Positions 44,732 to 55,021 of a stretch of DNA of 64,000 bases are shown piece by piece; position 1 is the stretch's first letter, and every line of letters begins with the position of its first letter. Below the pieces are notes generated by a model. That model was not told the DNA's origin. It did no database searches and saw nothing but the letters and a program-made list of their open reading frames with translations. The stretch is from Candidatus Staskawiczbacteria bacterium RIFOXYB1_FULL_38_37 (GTDB lineage Bacteria > Patescibacteriota > Minisyncoccia > Minisyncoccales > Staskawiczbacteraceae). The position numbers and the translations under genes were made by a program. The stretch spans positions 22,757-86,756 of the forward strand of contig MHPK01000001.1 of the NCBI GenBank assembly GCA_001822075.1, in the 5' to 3' direction.

Positions 44732-45034
44732 TTAACAAAAATTAACTTCCAGCTGGCAATTCAATGCTTCGGCAATTTTTTCTAAAGTATCTATTGAAAA
44801 ATTTTGCTGGCCAGACTCTATCCTGGCAATATTACTTTGTTTAGTTCCAATTTTTTTAGCCAATTGCGCTTGCGATAATTTTTTCTTTTTTCTCAATTTC
44901 AAAATCTGATAAGCAATTTCAAGTTGCCTGCCATACTCGTCATAATATTTTTTGAATTCAGGATTTCTCAATTCCTTTTTTAGTATTTCTTGAAAATCAG
45001 TTGCTTTTTTTATTTTTTGTGTTTTTTTATTCAT
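44732..45034 (-). CDS. XRE-family HTH protein (HigA-like antitoxin/regulator)
   Basis: KKLSQAQLAKKIGTKQSNIARIESGQQNFSIDTLEKIAEAL is a canonical HTH_3. Overlaps the upstream toxin-like ORF by 8 nt. Confidence 0.8.
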   Translation of the reverse strand: MNKKTQKIKKATDFQEILKKELRNPEFKKYYDEYGRQLEIAYQILKLRKKKKLSQAQLAKKIGTKQSNIARIESGQQNFSIDTLEKIAEALNCQLEVNFC

Positions 45035-45401
45035 ATAATTTTGGATTATTTATAACATCAATATAATTTTCTTCAGCAATTTTTATTTCTTTCACGGGAG
45101 TTTTTTGTGTTTTCTTTAAAAATGCATGGAGTAAAACTATATTTTTATTTATAAAAGTGAAATAAAATATTCTATATCTTTTGCTTGAAAAAACAATTCT
45201 TAATTCTCTAATTTTATCTTTTATGTGTCTTGAATATGGTTCATCTAAAACACCTCTGTTTGTTCTTAAAACTTCAATGTATTTATAAACCTTTGTTCTT
45301 TCTTTAATATTTAAATTATCGATATATTTTTCAATGAGGCTTCCATTATTTTTTGAATTTCTATAAAATTTTACTTTGTATTCTTTATTATTATATATCA
45401 T
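45027..45401 (-). CDS. Gp49/HigB-type RelE-superfamily toxin-like protein
   Basis: The ...IRELRIVFSSKRYRIFYFTFINKNIVLLHAFLKKTQKTP pattern is typical of phage Gp49-like/DUF891 HigB toxins. The toxin-first gene order matches higBA. Confidence 0.7.
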   Translation of the reverse strand: MIYNNKEYKVKFYRNSKNNGSLIEKYIDNLNIKERTKVYKYIEVLRTNRGVLDEPYSRHIKDKIRELRIVFSSKRYRIFYFTFINKNIVLLHAFLKKTQKTPVKEIKIAEENYIDVINNPKLYE

Positions 45402-45437
45402 ATACGATATGCCCTTGTCAATAGCTTTAAATAATTT

Positions 45438-46025
45438 TTATTTCCCCAGATTTTTTAACGCAAGTTTTATACGTTCCTCTGTATTTTTAATATTAGAAGC
45501 AATGTGGCTTAAAGCTTCTTTTGCCTGCTGTTTTGAAAATCCAAGCTGGACTAATGCATTTTCCGCCTCGTCCGCCGACGATGATTTTTGCCCTAGTTGT
45601 TTTATTTTTCCTGTAAGCTCTAAAATTATTGTCATTGCTCTTTTAGATCCAATGCCGGGAATGCCCGCAAAAACATTTTCGTCTTGTTTCAAAATTTTGT
45701 CTTTTATTTTTTCCAAAGGTCCGACAACGGAAATTTCTAAAGCGGCTTTTGGCCCTATGCCCCTTATATCATTTAATATCTCAAAAAATTCCAGCTCCTC
45801 ATAAGTTAAAAACCCGTACAGGTCTGACTTGTCTTCTCTTATATCATGGTATATAAAGAATTTTACAGGAGCAATTTGGGGCTTGCCCGCCGAAGCCTCG
45901 GCGGAGGCGGGTAATTTTAATAAGGTTTGGCGGGATAAAAAAACTTTGTAGCCAATTCCGGCCACTTCTATAATAACAAACTTATCTTTTTTTAATATAA
46001 CTTTACCTTCTAAAAATGATATCAT
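45438..46025 (-). CDS. ruvA: Holliday junction helicase subunit RuvA
   Basis: MISFLEGKV...VIIEVAGIGYKVFLS OB domain and HhH motifs (IRGIGPKAALEI, IPGIGSKRAMTIILEL). Confidence 0.9.
   Translation of the reverse strand: MISFLEGKVILKKDKFVIIEVAGIGYKVFLSRQTLLKLPASAEASAGKPQIAPVKFFIYHDIREDKSDLYGFLTYEELEFFEILNDIRGIGPKAALEISVVGPLEKIKDKILKQDENVFAGIPGIGSKRAMTIILELTGKIKQLGQKSSSADEAENALVQLGFSKQQAKEALSHIASNIKNTEERIKLALKNLGK
45877..45911. repeat. GC-rich hairpin element in frame in ruvA
   Basis: ggggcttgcccgccgaagcctcggcggaggcggg reads on the minus strand as PASAEASAGKPQ. It contains the hairpin ccgccga-ggct-tcggcgg. Confidence 0.85.
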
Positions 46026-46037
46026 TAGATTATTATA

Positions 46038-47996
46038 ATGAAATTTGAGTTAAAATCAAAATTTCGTCCTACAGGCGACCAGCCAGAGGCCATAAAACAG
46101 CTGTCTGAAAATTTAAAGAAAGGTGTTAAAGACCAGGTGCTTTTGGGCGTTACAGGGAGCGGAAAAACTTTTACCTTGGCAAATGTCATTCAAAAAATTC
46201 AAAAACCCACTTTAATTATTTCTCCCAATAAAACTTTGGCAGCCCAATTGTACCAGGAATTCAAAGAATTCTTCCCAAACAATGCAGTGCACTATTTTGT
46301 GTCTTACTATGATTACTATCAACCCGAGGCCTACATACCGCGCTCTGACACTTATATAGAAAAGGACGCTAAAATAAATGAAGAAATAGACAGATTAAGG
46401 CATTCGGCTGTGCAAGATGTAACTTTAAGAAAAGACGTTATTGTAGTGGCTTCTGTCTCATGTATTTATAACATTGGCTCTCCTCAAAACTATGAAAATA
46501 TTTCTTTGGAAATTAAGTTAAAACAAGGCATTAAAAGAAAAAATTTTCTATCTCTTTTGGCAAACTTGCAATACCAAAGAAACGATATTGATTTTAAGCC
46601 GGGCTGTTTTCGCGTCAGAGGAGAAATTATTGAAATTTATATTGTCACGGGAGAAAAGATATTAAGAATAGAATTTTTAGGAGATAAAATTGAAAAAATT
46701 TCTGAAGCAAAGCCGGGTTTAGCGCAAAAATATAAATCTTTGGGACCGAAAACAAAAATTTTTCCCGCGCATTTTTGGGTGACTCCGCAGGATAAACTGG
46801 AAATTGCAATTGGGAATATAAAATTAGAACTGGAAGAAAGAAAAAAACAATTTAAAAAACAAAAAAAATTACTGGAAGCAGAGAGAATAGGTCAGAGAAC
46901 AAATTATGATTTAGAAATGTTAAAAGAAACTGGCTGGTGCCACGGGATTGAAAACTATTCAAGCCATATGGAATTTAGAAAACCCGGGCAAGCGCCGTTT
47001 TCTTTGGTTGATTATTTTAATTATTTTAATCCTGAGGGTTTTTTAATGTTTATTGATGAATCGCATATTTCAATTCCCCAAATAAGAGCGATGGCAGTGC
47101 AAGACAGAATAAGAAAAGAAACTTTAATTGATTTTGGATTTAGGCTTCCTTCGGCAGTAGACAACAGGCCTTTGAAATTTCAGGAATTTGAAAAAAGGCA
47201 GAAACAAACAATTTATGTTTCAGCCACTCCAGCTGATTTTGAAAAAGATAAATCAAAAAATAATATTATAGAACAGTTAATAAGGCCTACAGGGCTTTTA
47301 GAGCCCAAAATTGAAATTAAAAAAACAGAGAACCAGATTAAAGATTTAATGCAAGAAATTAAAAAAGAAACCGCCAAAGGACAAAGGGTTTTGGTGGTGA
47401 CTATAACAAAAAGGCTGGCTGAAGAAATTTCAGATTATTTGATAGAACACGGAATCAAAACTCAATACCTTCATTCTGAAGTAAAAACAATGGAAAGGCC
47501 TGAAATTTTAAAAAATTTGCGCGAGGGAAAGTATGATGTTTTGGTTGGAATTAACCTTTTAAGAGAAGGCATTGATTTGCCAGAAGTTTCGCTTGTTGCA
47601 ATTTTAGATGCAGACAAAGAAGGTTTTTTAAGAAATAAAACTACTTTAATACAAACTATGGGCAGGGCAGCCCGCCACCCTAATGGCAGAATAATTTTAT
47701 ATGCAGACAAAAAAACCCAATCTATGATGGCGGCCATAAAAGAAATAAACAGAAGAAGAAAAATTCAAGAAGCTTATAATAAAAAACATAAAATAAACCC
47801 CACAGCCATTATAAAAGACATAAGGGACTGGGGATTTTCAAAAAAAGAGGACGTTGATTTAGAATTTTGGCAGGTAAATGACAAAAAACTTTTAGAAAAA
47901 GAAATGAAAATAGCCGCAAAAAATCTGGATTTTGAAAGGGCAGCTGAAATAAGAGACCTGATCAAAAAACAAGATTCTGGCGAAAACAAAAAATAG
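46038..47996 (+). CDS. uvrB: Excinuclease ABC subunit B
   Basis: FRPTGDQPEAI, Walker A GVTGSGKT, the DESH box, and a C-terminal UVR motif (DFERAAEIRDLI). Confidence 0.97.
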   Translation: MKFELKSKFRPTGDQPEAIKQLSENLKKGVKDQVLLGVTGSGKTFTLANVIQKIQKPTLIISPNKTLAAQLYQEFKEFFPNNAVHYFVSYYDYYQPEAYIPRSDTYIEKDAKINEEIDRLRHSAVQDVTLRKDVIVVASVSCIYNIGSPQNYENISLEIKLKQGIKRKNFLSLLANLQYQRNDIDFKPGCFRVRGEIIEIYIVTGEKILRIEFLGDKIEKISEAKPGLAQKYKSLGPKTKIFPAHFWVTPQDKLEIAIGNIKLELEERKKQFKKQKKLLEAERIGQRTNYDLEMLKETGWCHGIENYSSHMEFRKPGQAPFSLVDYFNYFNPEGFLMFIDESHISIPQIRAMAVQDRIRKETLIDFGFRLPSAVDNRPLKFQEFEKRQKQTIYVSATPADFEKDKSKNNIIEQLIRPTGLLEPKIEIKKTENQIKDLMQEIKKETAKGQRVLVVTITKRLAEEISDYLIEHGIKTQYLHSEVKTMERPEILKNLREGKYDVLVGINLLREGIDLPEVSLVAILDADKEGFLRNKTTLIQTMGRAARHPNGRIILYADKKTQSMMAAIKEINRRRKIQEAYNKKHKINPTAIIKDIRDWGFSKKEDVDLEFWQVNDKKLLEKEMKIAAKNLDFERAAEIRDLIKKQDSGENKK

Positions 47997-48072
47997 TCCT
48001 AAAAATTTTCTGCCATTAAAAATCTTATTTTAGAGAACCTCGCTTTGGATGGGAGAGGGATTCTTGTTGGTC

Positions 48073-48101
48073 TTGACAGGTATAGAATAATATGATAAAA
48101 T
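48073..48101 (+). promoter_or_regulatory. Sigma70-like promoter TTGACA-N17-TAAAAT
   Basis: cttgacaggtatagaataatatgataaaat lies upstream of the 133-aa membrane-protein gene. Confidence 0.5.
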
Positions 48102-48161
48102 AAAATATTGATTGTGGTATGGGACTACAATCAAAAATCACCTATTAGAAAGGGTAGAAAA

Positions 48162-48563
48162 ATGGAAATCGTTGGATTGTTCACGGCCGTGATGATGATT
48201 CTGATGGCTTTAGCGCTAACCCTTCTGGCCGCTACCACCAAGGGAGGGCGCAAAACCATTCCAGGAGCCGGCGCGCTAATTCTTATTGCAGGCGCCGTAG
48301 TATTGGGGATTATGACGGTCAAATCGTCTTGCCCCGCTCCTGCTCCCAATGCTGTGGTGGAAAAAGATTTTTACCAAGTAATATGGGAGGAAAAAACCAC
48401 CAGTGGGAAGACGCTGGTCGTCGTCAAAGACAGCACGGGGGAGTTCTACTTCTCTGAATTTGACGAGCCATTGGCAGTAAAAAAGGTTCTGGTGGTAGAG
48501 AAGGACAGATTTAAGCCTTTTCTAACAGCAGAAAAACCTGCTCCAATTCCTCAAAAGCAATAA
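48162..48563 (+). CDS. Hypothetical two-TM membrane protein (133 aa) in a GC-enriched islet
   Basis: Start moved to MEIVGLFTAVMMILMALALTLLAA. A second TM is GAGALILIAGAVVLGIM. A hairpin plus T-run follows at ~48590-48630. Confidence 0.5.
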   Translation: MEIVGLFTAVMMILMALALTLLAATTKGGRKTIPGAGALILIAGAVVLGIMTVKSSCPAPAPNAVVEKDFYQVIWEEKTTSGKTLVVVKDSTGEFYFSEFDEPLAVKKVLVVEKDRFKPFLTAEKPAPIPQKQ

Positions 48564-48653
48564 TCGGAGACAAAATTGGGGCAAAAGCAAAAGGGTGTGG
48601 TCGGCAAAGCTGACTGCACCCCTCTTTTTTTATTTTTTTTAGCTAAATTTATT

Positions 48654-50453
48654 TTATTTTCCTCGAGATTTTGCTCTTGAAGAAGATTTTTTTGCTTTTA
48701 AAGCCTTTCCTTCCTGCAACGAAGCCGCAATTTCTAAAGCAAGTCCAACAAACCCGTGTTTTTCATATTCTCTCAGGGAATCTTCATATACTTGTTTAAC
48801 GCCCCTTAGGCTTACTTTTTGACCGTGCTCGCGCAAATATTGCCAGACTGTTCTTGTGTCTTTTTTTGCATCCCCAGTGATTTCAGGTTCTGGCTCCCTT
48901 TCTGCCATCGCTTCTTTATTCATATTTTGTTGTTCTTTCTGTTCTGACCGAATCTCTCCCTGTTCTTCTTTTTTATATTTTTCAACTGTTTCTCCAATTA
49001 TTTCTCTTGCAAATTTATATTTTTTTTCACGCCACATCCGCTGGCCGTTTTCAACAATTTTTTGCATCGTCGCTTCCGCTCTTTTTTTGATGGGGGCTAA
49101 AAACTCTTTTTGCAATTCTTCTGCCGCTTTAACAAAAGCATCTTTAGAAACATATTTAACTTCAGACTTTTCAGATTTTTTACCAGGGAAAAAAGATTTT
49201 TGCGATAAAGCTATTTCACCACCGTTCCAAAACTTTCTCCAACCCTTAAGAATCTGAATATTTTCTGGCATAATACCTTTTTCCATCATTGCATAAACAG
49301 CGCTATGAGACAGAGAAATTCCATTTTCACCTAATTCTTTTATTTTTGCCTCTATTGCCTCTACTGCTTTTTTATTAAAATCATTTTGGTCTGTATATTG
49401 GGCCCGCTCTTTCTCTGAAAGATGCTCCCATCGGCTATTTAAAATATTTAACCTCTCTGTTTGTTCTGCCTGCATTTCTAGTTTACCTACATTTCTTTTT
49501 TCATATTCAGCGCGAGATATTACCACAAGGTTCTCTTTTTTTGCTTCTTGTTTTGCTCTTGTGGATGCTTCTTCCATCAATGCTCTGCCCTCGGCAACTT
49601 CAAACGACCCTTCGGCTTCTTTCAAAAAAGAATGCTCTCTTGCCCTGTCTCTTTTTTCTCTTGCTTCATTTATAACTTCAAATTGAGCTTTTAGTTCTGT
49701 TTTTGCATATTCAATCTGCTTTTGGCGCATTTCTTCGGCGCTTTTTGCTTTTTCTTCTGATGCGCGCTCATCTTTAGTTTCAACGCCTTTTTTTATTTCT
49801 TCAGTTTCAGCCGAAATTTCCGGCGCAATTCTTTCTACATTTTCTGTATCAATCTGCATTGACTCCAACTCTTTTATCCCGGGTTTTTCTAAATCAACTT
49901 CATCCTTTTGCTTAATTTCTTTCCTTGCAATATCTCTGCGATTTTCTATTCCTTTTATAAAAGCAAAATCGCTGGTAGAAAGAGTTTCTCCCCGCTTTTG
50001 TTTTTCTTTAATATCTTTTTCTTTTTGCCATTCCTCTTGCATTCTTTTATTCTCATCCAATTCTTCTTCTGATTTTCTCCTTCCAACATTTTCTTCTATT
50101 TTTAATTTACGTTCGGGGGCCGGCGCGGGTTTGTTTTCTTCCAACAAATCTTTTCTTTCTTTTATATCTTCTGGAATCCAAATTTTTTTAAGCGTTTCTT
50201 TTGCTTCAGCTAAACTTTTGTCGTCTTCCGGACTTTTTTCCGCTTCAAAATTTTTAACAGGAAAAGGAGCGGGCTCTTTTAGGGGCGGGGTTATCTCCGA
50301 CGTTTGCGGCTCTGCTTCAGGAATATTTACACCCGCAATTACCTCTTTGCTTTCAAGCGGGTTTTCTATTTTGTTGTCTTGTGTTTGACGAGGTATTTCT
50401 GACATATTTTTTAAAAAATTTATTATATTGAATAATTTACTTAATTTTAACAT
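48654..50453 (-). CDS. Highly charged E/K-rich coiled-coil protein (599 aa), function unknown
   Basis: Long uninterrupted ORF with no TM and no recognisable catalytic motif. Confidence 0.55.
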   Translation of the reverse strand: MLKLSKLFNIINFLKNMSEIPRQTQDNKIENPLESKEVIAGVNIPEAEPQTSEITPPLKEPAPFPVKNFEAEKSPEDDKSLAEAKETLKKIWIPEDIKERKDLLEENKPAPAPERKLKIEENVGRRKSEEELDENKRMQEEWQKEKDIKEKQKRGETLSTSDFAFIKGIENRRDIARKEIKQKDEVDLEKPGIKELESMQIDTENVERIAPEISAETEEIKKGVETKDERASEEKAKSAEEMRQKQIEYAKTELKAQFEVINEAREKRDRAREHSFLKEAEGSFEVAEGRALMEEASTRAKQEAKKENLVVISRAEYEKRNVGKLEMQAEQTERLNILNSRWEHLSEKERAQYTDQNDFNKKAVEAIEAKIKELGENGISLSHSAVYAMMEKGIMPENIQILKGWRKFWNGGEIALSQKSFFPGKKSEKSEVKYVSKDAFVKAAEELQKEFLAPIKKRAEATMQKIVENGQRMWREKKYKFAREIIGETVEKYKKEEQGEIRSEQKEQQNMNKEAMAEREPEPEITGDAKKDTRTVWQYLREHGQKVSLRGVKQVYEDSLREYEKHGFVGLALEIAASLQEGKALKAKKSSSRAKSRGK

Positions 50454-50532
50454 TTACAAAAAAAGCGGTCAAATTGATGCAAACCCCTTCTGGAAAAACA
50501 CCCTATCTTCTCACTCTTATAGATTGCAATAC

Positions 50533-50591
50533 CAGAGCACAGACGCTTTCACGTCTGTGCTCGGCCGAGCACTCGTTTAGCGAGTGCTCTG
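50533..50591 (-). promoter_or_regulatory. Twin GC-rich hairpins with four alternating GAGCAC/GTGCTC arms (alternative-pairing architecture)
   Basis: CAGAGCACagacgctttcacgtctGTGCTCggccGAGCACtcgtttagcgaGTGCTCTG lies between the SEDS gene stop and the 599-aa gene start. Confidence 0.5.
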
Positions 50592-50605
50592 ATGCCAAGT
50601 AAAAC

Positions 50606-51700
50606 CTATTTTCTGATTTTTATACTTTGCAAAATACCTAAACCTACAAAAGTGAATATAAGACCAGAACCGCCATAACTTATTAAAGGAAGATAAATTC
50701 CAACCACAGGCAGCATAGAAATGTTCATTCCTATGTTTATAAAAAATTGGGCTATTAAAATAATGGCAATTCCCGAGGCAAAAAGCCGCGGAAAATTATA
50801 CCGAGAATCAATGGCTATCTTCAGCGCTCTCCAAACCAAAAACCCATATATTACAAAAAGCGCCAAAACCCCTGCCATGCCCCATTCTTCAGCTATTGCA
50901 GAAAAAATAAAATCTGTGTGGGGCTCTGGCAAAAATCCATATTGGACTTGCGAGCCTTTTGCAAGCCCTTCGCCCAAAATTCTGCCAGACCCAATGGCTA
51001 TTTCAGCCTGTTCCTGGCTCCAAGATCCCCCCAGGGGGTCTTGCGGAAAAATAAAAGAGAGCACCCTGTCTCTTTGGTAATCTTGCAATAAAAAATTCCA
51101 TGAAAGAAAGCCCGCTAAAATAAAGCACAGCAATAAAATTAAAAAATGGTTAATTTTAATGCCAGAAACAAAAAGTATCCCAAGCCATATTAAAACTAAA
51201 ATCATTGTTCCGCCCAAATCCGGCTTTATAAAAACCAAAAATGCCGGCAAAAAAACATACAGCCCAGAAAAAATAATGTGCCTGAACTTATACATTTCAA
51301 CATGCCTCATTGAAAAATATTTTGCCAGAAGGATAATCAAAACAACTTTTGCAGGCTCAATGGGGTCCAAACTCAAAAGCCCGATTTTATACCATCCGCG
51401 CGTGCCTCTTATTACAGGCGCAAAAAACTGGAGGCCCAAGAGCATAAAAAGGCATATAGCATATAAAATTAAAATCAAATAAGAATTGTTCCTCAATATC
51501 CTGTAATCAAAAAAACTCAAAATTATCATAAGCAAAAATCCAACTGCAAAAAAAACAATCTGCTTTTCCAGATTTAAAAAATCATTTTTGGCAACAGCTG
51601 CGCTGAAAATGCCAGCTAACCCGAAGCATGAAAGCAGAACAGAAGAAACTATAATGCCCCAGTCTAACTTTTTAATATGGCTTAAAAAAATCCCGCTCAT
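50606..51700 (-). CDS. SEDS-family peptidoglycan glycosyltransferase (RodA/FtsW)
   Basis: About ten TM segments. Motifs LQPSE-like (DPIEPAKV), GSWSQEQAEIAIGSGRILGEG, PEPHTDFIFSAIAEEWG and LPLISYGGS. Confidence 0.9.
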   Translation of the reverse strand: MSGIFLSHIKKLDWGIIVSSVLLSCFGLAGIFSAAVAKNDFLNLEKQIVFFAVGFLLMIILSFFDYRILRNNSYLILILYAICLFMLLGLQFFAPVIRGTRGWYKIGLLSLDPIEPAKVVLIILLAKYFSMRHVEMYKFRHIIFSGLYVFLPAFLVFIKPDLGGTMILVLIWLGILFVSGIKINHFLILLLCFILAGFLSWNFLLQDYQRDRVLSFIFPQDPLGGSWSQEQAEIAIGSGRILGEGLAKGSQVQYGFLPEPHTDFIFSAIAEEWGMAGVLALFVIYGFLVWRALKIAIDSRYNFPRLFASGIAIILIAQFFINIGMNISMLPVVGIYLPLISYGGSGLIFTFVGLGILQSIKIRK

Positions 51701-51735
51701 TTTTGAAATACGTATTCAAATACGTATTTTAACTA

Positions 51736-52356
51736 TTAATAATTTTTGGAACTCTCTCTTTCTTTTTCTATCTGTTCTTCAAATGATATTATTGGTAAAA
51801 ACCTGAGAGAATTAATCCTTCTCTCTATATTTTCATTGGCGTCCTCCTCAACACAACTTTTTTCTGTTAATAATTGTATTATTTCTTTTAATTTTTCTTT
51901 TACCTTTTCAATATCTTTATCGTGAACGATAATTCCCCTAATTGCGTCTGGTCCGACCCCTTTTATTAAAAACTCTGCATTGTTTGGGTGTTTTGAATTT
52001 GGTCTAAATGTTTTAGAACGTTCTATTGACTTATCGATTATGTAAATAATATTATTTTCTCCGCCAAATTCTTTTAATGAGGCGACATTTTATGTTAAAT
52101 TTCCCTTACCCAAAGAAACTCTATCAGAACGATGAGATTTATGAATAACTCCATCGTTTCTTTCCTTAGAAGATTGTCCTACTTTTTCCCTATCTTTTTC
52201 CGGCCTTAAACCATGAATTAAAGTAAAATCCATCGCTTCTATCGGCTCACCGCGCATAAAAGTTTCATGATTGATTTCAATTAATTTTTCGAATTTTTCT
52301 TGTTCTGATTGTTCGTATCTTATTTCTGACATAATGTTATCATCGCTTAGTACCAC
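51736..52356 (-). pseudogene. Hypothetical gene interrupted by a single in-frame TAA (88 codons + TAA + 117 codons)
   Basis: After the TAA at 52090-52092 the same frame stays open to 51736 (NVASLKEFGGENNIIYIIDKS...EKERESSKNY). That continuation has no ATG/GTG/TTG start near its beginning. Confidence 0.45.
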
Positions 52357-52374
52357 GGACTGGTCCGTGGTACT
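52349..52374. repeat. 26-nt palindrome agtaccacggactggtccgtggtact, 17 nt downstream of the TrpR-like gene
   Basis: 12-bp arms read directly from the sequence. Confidence 0.85.
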
Positions 52375-52391
52375 ACATTTTAAAATTTTAT

Positions 52392-52907
52392 TTATTTTTT
52401 TCGATTAAGACAAGCCGAGGGTGTAAACAACAAAGCTTCTTTTTCCAATTCTTTCTCATTAGTTTCCAGTTTTTCTAATGCAACATCCAATAAATTTTCA
52501 AGCAGAAAGTATCCAGGATATTTTCTTTTTACTGCCTCAAGTGGAGAAATGCTTCTAATATTATCTTTTTTAATCTTTTTTAATCTTTTTTTGCGGTCTT
52601 CAATTAATCTTTTTATAATTATCTTATATCCGCTGTCATCTTGCAATAAATTCTTCTGCACATTTGTAATTTTGGACTTTCCTACGCCCATTAAAACAGC
52701 TATCTCGTCATAAGTAAATTTCGCGGACAATAGTACTGCTATTTCAATTCTTCTCATTAAAGTTGCTATCTCGTCTGCGGACAATAAACTTTTGAAAAAG
52801 AAACGAACTTCATTTCTGTCTTTTAAATAGGCGATTGTATCATAAAATTCGCCAATCATTTGAATCCTTTTATTTTTCGGCATCTCGTTTAAATGAAATA
52901 CTGGCAT
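52392..52907 (-). CDS. TrpR-like / YerC-YecD family HTH protein (171 aa)
   Basis: FFKSLLSADEIATLMRRIEIAVLLSAKFTYDEIAVLMGVGKSKITNVQKNL resembles the Trp-repressor-fold YerC/YecD family. Confidence 0.65.
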   Translation of the reverse strand: MPVFHLNEMPKNKRIQMIGEFYDTIAYLKDRNEVRFFFKSLLSADEIATLMRRIEIAVLLSAKFTYDEIAVLMGVGKSKITNVQKNLLQDDSGYKIIIKRLIEDRKKRLKKIKKDNIRSISPLEAVKRKYPGYFLLENLLDVALEKLETNEKELEKEALLFTPSACLNRKK

Positions 52908-52916
52908 AAATTTTTT

Positions 52917-52942
52917 AGTACCACCGACTGGTCGGTGGTACT
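52917..52942. repeat. 26-nt palindrome agtaccaccgactggtcggtggtact, 10 nt upstream of the TrpR-like gene
   Basis: Differs from the 52349 copy by a compensatory pair (cggac/gtccg versus ccgac/gtcgg). Confidence 0.85.
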
Positions 52943-52990
52943 GCGGTTATTGTATTGTTTTTAATAAAAATTCGCTTTATTTAATGAAAT

Positions 52991-55021
<2,031 letters not shown>

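Noticed and set aside
45376-45804. 142-aa plus-strand ORF
   Set aside because: Antisense to ruvA, which has canonical motifs.
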